Source of the DNA: Leucoraja ocellata
Lineage: Eukaryota
Direction: 5' to 3'
Assembly (NCBI GenBank): GCA_036785375.1
Contig: JAWMAR010000667.1
Location: 558,001 to 622,000 of the forward strand
DNA length: 64,000 nt
Position numbers and translations under genes: made by a program. Under the pieces are notes generated by a model. It saw nothing but the letters and a program-made list of their open reading frames with translations. It ran no database searches and was not told the DNA's origin. The first letter of the stretch is position 1, and every line of letters begins with the position of its first letter. Below, piece after piece: positions 50,449-62,581 of this stretch.

Positions 50449-50476
50449 CATTCCTAATTAACTGTGTTATAAATAG
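50449..50476. promoter_or_regulatory. Candidate muscle enhancer core in the JPH2 intron: MCAT/TEAD (CATTCCT), TAATTA and MEF2 (TTATAAATAG)
   Basis: CATTCCT 50449-55, TAATTA 50455-60 and YTA(W)4TAR 50467-76, within a repeat-poor block; motif match only. Confidence 0.35.
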
Positions 50477-51563
50477 CTAACGGATAAGCCCTGTGTGCAA
50501 GCAGTTATTTTATATCCAGATTGTGTTTTTAATTTCATATTTGTTTGATTTGCCTGAACTTTAAAAATAATGTAATTTGGTTCTAATCTTGCAACTTTGC
50601 TCTCTATTAATCTAATGCCTGCCGGTCTCGTGTAATAGCCTTAATTGTTTCTCTCTAGCTGTTGAGAGGTTCATCTGTTTTGTTTTTTTTGCATCCATGT
50701 TGCAATGGTGTATAAATGTTCAGAATTTAAAGAGTAGCATTGCCACAGCAACAGTCATCTGGTCGCAAAGAATTAATTATTATATATCAGCACAACTTTC
50801 CATCCAAATGTCTTTTCATTCGTGGCTTCGGCAACATAAAGATGTTGCCATAAGAATTCAAAGATGAGGGTTAAAAAAACACACCAGTACAGTATGCACC
50901 GTCGAATGTACAGGTACACTAACAATTGTTCCAGATCTGTCAGAGTCCTCTACTGAATAGCCAAGTCTATCAAAGACCAAAGAGAAGAGGGGACTGTAGA
51001 ACTGACCAGGGCTGCAGCTCAGTTTACCATTCAAATAATTGATCAGTGGGGGAGGCTGAGCTTTATTTATTTGTGAAGGCAAATATCTATAAAATGTGGT
51101 CATCTCTAATCCATCCCCCATTTTCTACTGAACTGACGAGGTAGCGGAGAGTCGACTGCATTTGATGGGCTTGGAATCTAATTCAGTCCAGCCTGAGGAT
51201 ATCTGTAGACAAATTGGGTGAAGTTGGAGAATGGAGCCTCAGGATTGGGAAAAGAGGGCTAGAAAGGAAGGAAAGAAAGGCAAGGCGGATTCCATTACCA
51301 CACTGTATTGCAATGTGAAGTCCAGGTTTCTTAATCAGTGATGATTATTCTAGGGAAAACTGGAAATCAACATGGATCCTGAAATTTGCAACTTGGTTGG
51401 GAAATATGGAGTTTCCAGTTCCCCTACTTTGCTCGTATAAGATTTATGTCAGGTTGTTACCAAAACGGATCACCAAGCTTGACTGGTGAGGAGAGACTGA
51501 GTGAGATTGTCCTATGCTCACCGCACTTTAGTGCGACCCAGAAATGGCTAACAGTCTAGCACT

Positions 51564-51858
51564 TTGCTTCGCTCGTGTGTTAGACGATGTTCTGCCATTG
51601 CTTTGCCACAGCCAGTGTCACATCTGTGGAGATCGTCTGCAGCGCATACCGCTCATCCGCAAGTCGGTAGGTGGGCCGTTGTCTGTATCTCTCCACAGTT
51701 GCACTTGTCAGAGTCCGAGAGGCCTCACTTCTTCAGGTTGAGTCCGCAACGTCCCACTCCGGTGTGGGGGCAGTTTAGGGCTTTCCAGGTAGTATAAGGC
51801 AGGTGGTGGCCTGGTGCCGTCTGGTGTTTGGTTTTGGTGCCTGGCTCTGTTGGCTCTC
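51564..51858 (-). mobile_element. RTE-like LINE 3' fragment with 10-bp TSD (related piece at 17455-17610)
   Basis: Minus strand WKALNCPHTGVGRCGLNLKK*GLSDSDKCNCGEIQTTAHL (C-terminal Cys/His motif); GTCTAGCACT at 51554-63 and 51859-68. Confidence 0.75.
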
Positions 51859-53476
51859 GTCTAGCACTGAAATAGTCTTATGCAATCCAATCCCTAGACC
51901 ATGATTGCTTTGTTGCAACATTTTCCGTGAAGAACCAATGCTCAAAAATAATGGCCATGGCTACCATGGAAACAGTTGGATTGTTAAGTAAAAATAAGCA
52001 GAGATCCACAGAATCCCAATGCCTACTTTGGGCATAGATTTGGCAGCATGTGTTCAGAATTGTCTAAACAAAATACCAGTCGGGTTAGTCATGTAACTTC
52101 TTGTAGGCAATAAGATATTAAAGATGGTTAGAGTTAGTTGATGAGATGTTTTTGTTTAAAAACCTTTGACAAATAACTTGCCAGTGCTGCTTAAAGGAAG
52201 CCAGTACCATATAAATGCTGAAAGTTGATTTTACTGTCAAATCTATTTGGCTGCCAACATTCTTCTTCAGCTGTGGCTAGGAAAGAAAACTAGGCAGAAA
52301 TTCACCAAACGGGCTGGTGGAAAACGGTGACAGGCATGTTAAGGGTTATTTTGTGCAGTCATTCTTTTTTTGTTGCCTTTGATACCACGGGCGTGGGTGC
52401 TGAAACTTGGTGGCTGCCAATGGAATAATATTTATACTATTTAATTATTCTTCTTTCTTATTATGCGATACACGAAACATTGGGATATCTTGTGCACGAT
52501 CATATATTAAAACTATCTTTTTCATCTTTGTTGCAAGTCACTTTGCAGAAATGAAATAAATTGAATTTTAATGTCGAATTCTTCGGAATTAATTCTTTGA
52601 GTTTCATAAATGAAACACAGAACAAATGGGAATTGAGCACTTACTCAAAACAGAGAAAATGTGTATAATAAAATGATCAATCGCTAGTGCTGAATAAAAA
52701 TACTGTACATTGCTTTAAGAACTGTTCTGCAAACTGCAACTCATCAGTACCAGCTGGGATAAAAAGCTGTTTCAGGCATAAAACAAACTTCCAGTGCATG
52801 ACATGGTGCTTCTTAAAAAGGCTTAGAATCTGATCATATAAGCCCACTGGAAATTATTCTGCAGGAGATGGAATAAAGTTAGTGTTCCCTTGAAAATTGC
52901 ACAAAAGTATTATGTAAAACAATTAAGTTGCTGTAAGTCATATAAATGAGGTATTAAATAAATTTAAGTTCCTACCACTATCATTTATAAATTTCACTAT
53001 AAAAATGTCCCTCTACTTCGCTATTTTGCATGTGTGGCAGGTGAATCAGTTTGTGTTGTTTAAAATCAATTTTTACTTCATGATTTCAACGTACAAAAGA
53101 TGAGTCCCATAATACTGGTTTTCCTCATACATAATATAAAAGAAAGCCCTTGACTGAACACTGACTATAAAACTTACTGTAAGTGTACAATTGCTTGCTG
53201 AAACTGGATAATCGTCAAAATATATATTCAACAAAGAAGGATACATAAGGAAACTGTATATTATAACATTAGTTAGACAAAAGTAGAATTTCCAAATACA
53301 TTATCTTTGAATAAACCAAAATCCCTTCTTTCATTTCAATAATTTCCAAGCCCATCCCCACATTCTTTGTTTAAGCACTAATCAACTTGTTCCCTCTCAG
53401 CCTTATCTTAATTCTTTTACCATAAGTGAACATTAGTATACTACGTGTTCCTAACACCAGTCTGCATGGGAGACTT

Positions 53477-53710
53477 GTGTAGGAAGGAACTGCAGATGCT
53501 GGTTTAAAGTGAAGATAGAGACAAAATACTAGAGTAACTCAGCGGGACAGGCAGCATCTCTGGTGAGAAGGAATGGGTGACGTTTAAGGGTCGGAACCCT
53601 TATTCAGAAGAAGGAGGAGCTTCAGTCTGAAGATGGGGCTCGATCCAAATGTCACCCATTCCTTCTCTCCAGAGATGCTGCCTGTCCCACTGAGTTACTC
53701 CAACATTTTT
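53477..53710. mobile_element. Palindromic Penelope-derived element, 17-bp TSD
   Basis: GTCTGCATGGGAGACTT at 53460-53476 and 53711-53727; inverted arms. Confidence 0.85.
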
Positions 53711-53879
53711 GTCTGCATGGGAGACTTTCCTAGCATAGAATCACTCAGTCTTTCAAAGACAATATTAAACAGCATATAAGGTTGTACTTCATTCAATATG
53801 CCAAGTGCGGGTGTAGATAATTGGCAAATAACCTATGGTGTTGCCGAGGTATCTTTATAAAGGGCCACCTGTCAGTACT

Positions 53880-54265
53880 TTAAGGTGAGGGGGAAAAGAT
53901 TTAGTAGGAACGGAGGGGTTACCTTTTCATACAAAGGGTGTTGGGTGCATGGAACGAGATGCCGGAGGAGGTAGTTGAGGCAGGTACTACCGCAATGTTT
54001 AAGAAACATTTAGACAGGTATTTAAGAAGGAACTGCAGATGCTGGAAAATCAAAGGTACACAAATATGCTGGAGAAACTCAGCGGGTGCAGCAGCATCTA
54101 TGGAGCGAAGGAAATGGGCAACGTTTAGACAGGTACATGGATAGGACAGATTTTAGAGGGATATGGGCCAAATACAGGCAAATGGGACTAGTGTAGATGG
54201 GCCATGGTGGTCAGCATGGGCAAGTTGGGCCAAAGGGCCTGTTTGCACGCTGTATGATTCTACGA
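53880..54265 (+). mobile_element. CR1 LINE 3' fragment with Penelope arm insertion 54021-54123 (12-bp TSD TTTAGACAGGTA)
   Basis: TSD at 54009-20 and 54124-35. Confidence 0.85.
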
Positions 54266-54769
54266 CTTGCCCTGACCTCCATCTCCTTATCCTAGACCAG
54301 TGATGCTCAGGTATCCTTGACTTCTGCCCTCGTCTCCTGCAGATCTATCTCATCTTTGGGCAGCACAGGAAGAAGTTCATTATGGTGGAGTGAATGAAAA
54401 TGACAAAACCATCAAGCGATACCCACCACATGATGCTGTCAGGATACAATCATGAATTGGCACTCAATCAATGGCTTAAAGTTTCATCTCTAGCGTATGC
54501 TTCTGGATAATTTTGTATCACATTCTAAGGCATTCTAAATTGAGCTGATATTATAACTGCAATGTTTACAGGTTAGTTTTTTTTTCAGGACAACTGTACG
54601 ATGTTTAAAAATTAAAATGCAGTTAATATCTCTCCAGTGATTTCTTGAGGATGCGCAAATGATGTGTTTAACTTACCTTTAATGGGTCAAAATCAAAGAT
54701 TAAAATGTACAAGATAAAGTCTAGAAGTCAGAATTTCAGAACTTGGGCAGGCTGCCTGTATTCTACATG

Positions 54770-55390
54770 GATAATTATGTAGTGTTTCATTTTGGTAAGT
54801 TAAACTAGGGTTGGACTTGCACAGTAAAGGGAAGGACCCTGGAGAGAGTTGTAAAACAGAGACTTAGGGAGCAAGTACACAGTTCCCCGCTGGTGTGCAG
54901 ATTTGATCACCTAGCCAAAGGAGGAATATCGTGCAGACAAGAATCACAAGAATGATGAATGGATCTGGAGGGCTTGAGTTGTGAGAAGAGACTGGAGATG
55001 CTGAGCTTTAATCTCACTATCATACAAAACTAAGGGGTGAACTTTATAGAGGTAGATAAAATCACGAGGGACATAGATAAGGTGAGTGGTCAGTCTTTTT
55101 TCCCCCAATGTTTCGGAATGTGAAAGTATAGGGTATTGATGGAAGGTGAGAAAAATTAGTAAAGTTCACATTTGTCATCCTCTGTGGGTCTGTGCAACGA
55201 GCTGCCAGTGGGTGTGGTGGAGCAGGGTAAAATTACAATGTTTAAAAGACATTTGGACTGGGAAAGTTGTAGAAAATCCTTAGAGGGATACGAGCCAAAC
55301 TCAGCCAAATGGGATAATCTCAGGAAGGCAACTTGGACAGCATGAACGTGTTGGGGGAAAGGCCCGTTTCCATGCTGTATGACTATGATT
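54770..55390 (+). mobile_element. Old CR1 LINE fragment
   Basis: Degenerate match to CR1 3' coding region and UTR. Confidence 0.6.
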
Positions 55391-55484
55391 TCATGACCCA
55401 TACAGTGTTAGAGTACAACTGTCTGTCTCGAAAGGTCTATTTGTAGGTCCGTGCTTCATTTGTTTGGCCAAATTGTGAACTCAC

Positions 55485-56428
55485 CTGATCAAATGGTGCC
55501 ACCTCCTTTCCTTCCATTTCAGGCGGTGTTACTGATTTAGATACCGGTTTGGACACTGGTTTTGGTGCAGGTTTGGTTTCTGGCTTGGGCTGAGGTCTGG
55601 GTTCCGGCTGGGGTTGCAGCGGTTTCTCCTGTTTGGGACGTGGTGCAGCTTCATGCACCCGAGGTGCTGGCTTTGGTTCAGGTTCTGGTTGTACTTTTTT
55701 TACTTTGACCTCTGATTTTGGCTCTTGTACTGATGGTTTTGCTGGGATTGCTTCTTTCTTGAAGGACAAGGACGGGACGGGAACTACATCATCCAATAAA
55801 TCCAAAGGAGGGGGACCTACTTGCGGCCGCACAGCATAGCTGTGATAACTTTCATGGAACTGAAAATCAGTCTGACGACTGGGTGGGATAAGTTCTCTTG
55901 GTTTGCTCTTTAGATTTGTGTGAGGCTTATTTTCACTCCTTTCCAAAGGCTTTATGTCTAAATCACAGTTATTTTGCAACTGTTCCTCCATTTTTGTCGG
56001 TGTCCTTCTGTTACTTTGTTGACTAGAGCTCCTTGAAACATTTCGGCTGCTGGCCGTTGACCTGTTCTCAATCTGGACGGTCAACAAATCGGAAGGTGCT
56101 CCAGGATGACCGCTGGATCGGCTGCTTGTGCTTTTGTTTTTAGATTGCTCCCCATTCCAGTTGCCTGGACTCAAGTAGCTGGGGTCCTCCATTTTAAGAT
56201 TTGAGTCTCTAATCTTTCGTACTTCTGGTGGTGTCTCCACAGGGCTCGGTGAAGGAGTGACAGCAGGAGATGACTCGAATGGAGTTGTGGCTGTCCCATG
56301 GAGGCCAGGGCTCTCTGGTGGGGTAGGTGGAGGTTCCTCTATTGATGGGGGTTCTTGGTCAGTGTTTTCCACATGATCCCCATTCTCTATCAGTTCGTGC
56401 AGCAGTTTTCGTTTTTGATATTCTGGAC
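55485..56428 (-). CDS. JPH2: Junctophilin-2, large internal coding exon (divergent Pro-rich region; equivalent of mammalian exon 4)
   Basis: Acceptor tttttcag|GT at 56428 and donor CAG|gtgagt at 55485; 944 nt = 2 nt + 314 codons, open. Reads (G)PEYQKRKLLHELIENG...YLSPGNWNGE...YHSYAVR...PFDQ, matching the JPH2-type motifs GPEYQKRRLLQEILEN, LSPGAWNGE and YHSYAVR. Extends ORF 55437..56372 upstream by 18 codons. Confidence 0.93.
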
Positions 56429-56602
56429 CTGAAAAAGATTAATTATTGCAAGCCATTCAGTACAATTGCAATGTGTAGATTTTTCTGTATTACTTCAATG
56501 CTGTTATATTTCTATTATCCTTTACACAGATCAATAACAAAAATAATGAAAAATGAATGTACATGAAAATAGAACCCCAGTAACCTGGTAAATAATCCTA
56601 AA

Positions 56603-56693
56603 GGTACACAAAAATGCTGGAGAAACTCAGCGGGTGCAGCAGCATCTATGGAGCGAAGGAAATAGGCAACGTTTCGGGCCGAAACCCTTCTTC
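56603..56693 (-). mobile_element. Subfamily B Penelope-derived arm, 13-bp TSD
   Basis: AAATAATCCTAAA at 56590-56602 and 56694-56706. Confidence 0.8.
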
Positions 56694-56989
56694 AAATAAT
56701 CCTAAATGTTAGATTGATCCTCGTTCATGACAATTAACTGTGTTACATGGAGTTTCACCCACTTCCGGCATATAATGGAGAACTATTATTATTTTCCCTT
56801 GACCAAAATTCGCTTGTTGCAGAAGTTGAATACAACATTCACGGCCACATGTACAAAATTACATCCCTTATTTCTTCATGCAATGTGACCAGTGTGCCAG
56901 GTATTATTTATCATTCATCCTTGAAACACGCTGAAGTCATCACAAGTGAAAGATGTTTCTTAAGAAGGATATTATTAAACGACCATTTT

Positions 56990-57995
56990 GTGGCGGTGCG
57001 CCTCTGGCTGCAGCGGCTTACCGGCGGTCCCGTTGTCTTTGTGTTTTTTATGTTGTTTATTTTGTTTGGTTAGTTTAGTTTTTTGGTTTTAGCTTGTGTT
57101 TTTGGGGGGGGGGGGGGGGGGGTTGAAACGGGGTTTGCAGTCTCTCCCTGCGGGGGAATACGACCTTTTTGTCGTATTCCCCTTCTCTGCCTCCGTCTGC
57201 GCTGAGGCCTAATGGAGCTGACGACCTCGAGGCTCCGGAGGCAGAGCACCGTCAGGACTCGCTCTGAGCTCGCTCCCGTGAGGGTGGTCCGGCTCAGGGC
57301 TGGAAGAGGTTGGGACGCTCCCGTGAGGGCGGCCAGCCCGAGGGTGGAACGAGGCTCCCGTCGGAGCGGCCGAGCTCGGGAAGGTGCGGCGCTGGCAGCC
57401 CGAGGGAGGTTCGGCGCCCAAGTCGGGGAGGCCCGGTCCGGGGGGAGAAGCGACGCCCAAGTCGGGGCGGCCCGGTCCGGGGGAGGTTCGGCGCCCAAGT
57501 CGGGGTGGCCCGGTCCGGGGGGAGAAGCAACGCCCAAGTCGGGGCGGCCCGGTCCGGGGGAGGTTCGGCGCCCAAGTCGGGGCGGCCCAGCCCGAGGCTA
57601 AAGACGGCACAGTACTCACGTGAGGGTGGGTGGGACGGTGTTCTGGCGGCGGTGGCCTGAGTCTGGGGTTCGGCCGCGGCCAGCAGCTGCTTCTGCAGGA
57701 CTGGTGGGCGGCAGCTTCAACCATCCCGGGCCGCGGTGTTTGAGCCGCGGGACTGTTCTTAACATCGCCCGGGGGGGGGGGGGGGGAAATCGCCCCAGCG
57801 CAGAGGGAGAAGAGGAGGGAAGAGACTGCGACCTAAGACTTTTGCCTCCATCACAGTGAGGAGATGCTGGGTGGACTCACTGTGGTGGATGTTAATGTGT
57901 GTTTATTGTTGTTTTATTGTAATGTATTATATGTATGACTGCTGCAATTTCGTTCAGACTTCTGTCTGAATGACAATAAAAGGCTATCTATCTAT
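56990..57995 (+). mobile_element. GC/CpG-rich non-autonomous retroelement with internal VNTR and LINE-type tail
   Basis: Ends AATTTCGTT...TGACAATAAAAGGCTATCTATCTAT, like the Rex/L2-type tails in this window; composition contrasts sharply with the flanks. Confidence 0.65.
57403..57590 (+). repeat. G-rich minisatellite, five 38/39-bp units forming a 77-bp higher-order repeat
   Basis: CGCCCAAGTCGGGG starts at 57415, 57454, 57492, 57531 and 57569. Confidence 0.9.
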
Positions 57996-59549
57996 TTTTT
58001 TTTTTTAAAGTTACTTTTCATGAAAAACTCAATGGGCCATTTTCCTCAGATGGTCACAAATATCACTTTATTTCACCTCTTGCTGTGGATTCACAATCAG
58101 TGAATGTTTATTTTGCAAATGTAATCTACATCCAACGCGTCTTGATATTCTGCACTATACCAAAAAAAAAAATTGGAGACATCATGGAAAAATAATCTAA
58201 TGCAACAATGGTCCACAATGATAGTGAAGTTCACTTCAATGTTAAAATGGGAAAGCTGTTCAAAAAAGATACAAGGTATTCTGGTTTATAAAGTAAGGAT
58301 GCAATATGAAAAGGTCAAATTAGCCTGAAGCTTTTATCAGTTTAACCCACCACAACTAAGTACGGATGTCGAGTGTAGAGATTAGTTTATTAGTAGGGAT
58401 ATGGAACTTTGTTTCCAGAGCAATACTAAAATAGCCAGGAGAGCATTTAATCCAGCCGTTCATCACCCACTCTTGCCTTTGCCCCAGGTCAACTTGTGAG
58501 GTGGTTAGGTTCCACTGCTGGTTATGCAGGGCCTTTGTGCTCCCAATGTAAGGCATGTCGAGGCCCCATCATTTATTGAGACATTTGTTGGGACATTTTT
58601 CAGCTGCTATTCAAGTCAAGTCAAGTCAAATCAAGTTTATTTGTCACATACACATACGAGATGTGCAGTGAAATGAAAGTGGCAATGCTCGCGGACTTTT
58701 GTGCAAAAGACAAACAACAAAACAACCAAACAAATTATAAACACAATCATAACACACATTCTTTTACATAATAAATAATGGAAGGAAAAACGTTCAGTAG
58801 AGTTAGTCCCTGGTACAGATATTCTTTCCTAATAGTGATTATTTGAAACATTATTGTTTCATAAGGTCATAAGTGATAGGAGTAGAATTAGCCAAAAACC
58901 TATCACTGCCATTTTAATCATGGCAGATCTATCTCTCCCTCCTAACCGCATTCTCCTGCCTTCTCCCCATAACCTTCGACACCTGTACTAATCAAGAATA
59001 AATACCGATAGCAAAGTATTATAATTTATTTTACCTCCAGTGGCCATGCATTTATGTTTTTTATACATATAAACAATCTATTTTCCTTTCCCTGCTGGCA
59101 TATTTTCTAACTATTTTCTCTTAGCAATGTTTTGGTTATCCATTGCTTGTCCCTAAAACGCCTTAGTATTTTTCCTGGCCATACTGTAAACCTCTTCTAT
59201 TAATCTACCACTATCTTAACCTCATCGGTTAACCTCATCGGAAACTCACAACAAAATGTACATTATAAGACTTACAAAGTGTTTCTCTTTTGTTTTCAAC
59301 CATGTTCATATGTTCATCCCACTTACCGTAGAAAAAATGTTTTCTTTATGTTACGCAATTGATTTAATTTAGATCTACGTCTGTAATTTCAGGATTAAAA
59401 AGGTAATTCCTAAAATAAAATGTAAGATTTTATCATTCTTCACAATTTGACCTGCTGCCAGTTTATTAATAAACATACTGAATTTCACCACAAAATAGAT
59501 CCTGCAGATCCAAGTCAGCTTGACAACCCGATGTGGTGCCTTTATCCTT

Positions 59550-59980
59550 GAAACATAGAAAGTAGGTGCAGGTGTAAAGCATTTGGCCCTTCAAGCCAGC
59601 ACCACCATTCAATGTGATCGTGGCTGATCATCCAAAATCAGTACCCTGTTCCTGCTTTCTCCCCATAAGCCTCGATTCCGTTAGGCCTAAGAGCTAAATC
59701 TAGCTCTCTTGAAAACGTCCAGTGAATTGGCCTCCACTGCCTTCTGTGGCAGAGAATTCCACACAGATTCACAACTCTCTGGGTGAAAACGTTTTTCCTC
59801 ATCTCAGTCCTAAATGGCCTACCCCTTATTCTTAAACTGTGACCCCTGGTTCTGGACTTCCCCCAACATGGGGACATTTTTTCCTGCATCTGGCCTGTCC
59901 AATCCCTTAAGAATTTTATATGTTTCTATAAGATTCCCTCTCTCTCATCCTCCAGTGAATACAAGCCCAGTCGACCATTT
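59550..59980 (-). mobile_element. CR1 LINE 3' fragment
   Basis: RTRGHSLRIRGRPFRTEMRKNVFTQRVVNL. Confidence 0.85.
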
Positions 59981-62454
59981 CTTTAATGTCATGACCCGCA
60001 AGCCATTCCTCCAGTAATTCATCCTTCAAGTGTTCGCCTACTGCAATTTGGGAACCGAGGATAACCCTACCACAAATGGCTAAATATACAGTCATTGTGA
60101 ACCCCATGGAATGGTTTTGGCAGCTCGGTCCTAGCTTGAACCGACTGCCAAAGTTGTCAAATTGTTTGAACATTTAAAAATATTACTTTACACTTAAATT
60201 AACTTGTTAAAATAAAATAAACTTGTTTTGCTTAATGTTTTTCTAATATTTACATTAATAAAATTGCACAAAATAGTGTAAACAACTTGGCTCTCAAGCG
60301 CTCTTTTGCAGTCCCTCCTGTCCATTAAATTGAATGGAGTCACAGAATCTGTGCCAAGTTGAACATGGCATGGGCTCAGCAGAGAGATTTTGCAGAGTAA
60401 CTGCTGAAGTTGATGTTCCAGAGCTGGACTCGGGAGGAGCACACTGCTAATGGAAATGGCACGGACCTCTTAGGAAATCTGAGACTTCACGTAAGCATAT
60501 GCTTTCAACAGCTCTGGAATATTGTACATATTTAAGATATACCGGTGAGAGAATGAGAAAAATGTTAATTTTCATATTTCTCCTTTTAATACACATTATT
60601 GAGTGTGACAGTAAAATGTTAAAACCAATCCAATTTCCTTCTAGTTGATTTTCTTCTGGGGTATGAATGGCAACTCCACCATAACACACAAACTAACAAC
60701 ATTATTATTCCAATGAGTTTTAAAATGCACAAGTTTAAACATGATCAGAAATTACATTAAAGAATGATCAAAACATCCATCTATTATAGTCAAGTAACAT
60801 CTGTGGAGAGAGAATCATTTAATATTTCAGGTTAATGGCATTGGTAAGGTAATTGATTTTATACACACAATCAAAGCTGATACCAGTGCTAATGTTGAGA
60901 TTTAGCCAGCTTTCTGAAATGCAGCACTGGCATTGGGTTAGCCTGCTGTTGGCACTTGTCACTGCCTTTATCTTGCAGACGTGGATCATCATGCTATCCA
61001 GTGGGTCATTGTGAACTTTACAGACCACTCAGCTTCTGAGCTAAACCCGGTGTATGTAGAGTGGTGCCACGAAAATGAATAGTCGCTAACAGGGGAGAGG
61101 TAGGAAGAGCTTTATATTTGATATCAATGAATTCCCATGTCTCAGATGGTATTTAGCCACCTGTTGTAATGGTTTAATTATTTTTTTAAGTAACAATTTG
61201 TTAATGGTCTCCGGGAGCTTGAATGTTGCGTGCTTCAAGTTGGCAGTAGTGGGGTCCTAATGCTGGACAGGACGGCTCAATTTTGTCGTGAGGCGACCCA
61301 GTCTCTGTTTATCAACCACCCGATGATCTCAATCATGTGCCACTCGTTGCTCATTTTGGGCATCAAAGGGCATTTTAGTCCTGCCCTCTGGTCTCACCAC
61401 TTAGGTTCGGAAGAAACTGCTAAATCTCTTCGGGAGGGGGCGCGAGACAAACAATTGCAAATCTGAGTCACCTGATAAGAGGATGGTGGCTTGTGGCCGA
61501 TGTGCATCTGTACCCAGGTAGCAGCTCTGCCTTCAGACTTTACGTAGATGGGTGTGTACACAAGCTAGGGGCACTGCTGTCAGGAAGACGTGTAGCTCAA
61601 GAGTAAGCATCAGCTGTGCTGTTCTGAAGGAGTTCCATCTGTCTTTCTTTGTTTAGATGGGAGATACAGTTTGGAAATCAACCCCTCGGCCCACCCAGTC
61701 CACACTGACCATCGGTCAGGTAGTTCTATCTTCTCCCAGTTTTTCCATCCACTCCTTGCATGCCAAGGGAGATTTGCAGAGGCCACTTAACCTACAAATC
61801 TTTAGAATATAGGAGGAAGCATTATCTTTTTTACGAGCGCCTTTTTCAGAGTCTGGGCCAAAGCTGCCTTCAGTCAGAGTGTTCCCCTGCCAGTGGAGAG
61901 AGGTGTTCCCATAATTTGCTCCCCACCACAAGACCAGTTCTACTGCACAAATCACACACGGAGGAATGTGGCACCTTTGTCGCCACACATCAAACTGGTG
62001 CAACATCCCACAAAGTGCCTCTTCCGCATTTAAACACACATTTCAGGCCCATCTTTTGATAATAAAATCAGAAAGCATGTGATGGGAAGGATTATCGTGA
62101 ATAAGCTTTTGAGACATGGGATTGCTTTTACTGGCCAAGCACAAGAATTAATCACAATCTTTAGTATCCGCAGGGTTCCCAATCAACTGACGTGGAACCC
62201 AAAACTGGCATGGAGTGCAGAGCAGCTCGATTTCAAGTGGCTGTATGCCCAGGATTTGTATGTTTGTCAGGCATAAATAAATCGTGCGGTCAATGTGAAA
62301 ATTATCCAAATTGGATTAACAAACTAACCTGATCACAGCAGCTGCTGAATTGCTGAAAATGGATCAGGTCGTAGAGACTGTCGTTTACTGTCTATTTTAA
62401 CTGCTGTGAACCGCAATTTTTCAATGTATTAAAAATAATCCACATAATTATATT

Positions 62455-62581
62455 GTGTAGGAAGGAACTGCAGATGCTGGTTTAATCTGAAGATAAGACA
62501 CAAAATGCTGGAGGAACGCGGCAGGCCTGGCAGCATATCTGGAGATTTTGTGAATATCCAGCATTTTGTATCTATCTTAAG
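62455..62581. mobile_element. Internally deleted Penelope-derived palindrome, 10-bp TSD (further arms at 63390-63580 and 63895-64000)
   Basis: TAATTATATT at 62445-54 and 62582-91. Confidence 0.7.

Noticed and set aside
55437-55484. ORF-track C-terminus VSSQFGQTNEARTYK*, suggesting a TM-less JPH2 isoform
   Set aside because: It is read-through past a strong CAG|gtgagt donor; nothing in the sequence supports intron retention. The listed Met start is a GTG within the exon.
57403-57590. CRISPR-like regular repeats
   Set aside because: The spacers are not unique (two alternating variants), the genome is eukaryotic and there are no cas genes.
57070-57859. Many overlapping 80-170 aa ORFs on both strands
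   Set aside because: Artefact of a GC-rich minisatellite lacking stop codons.
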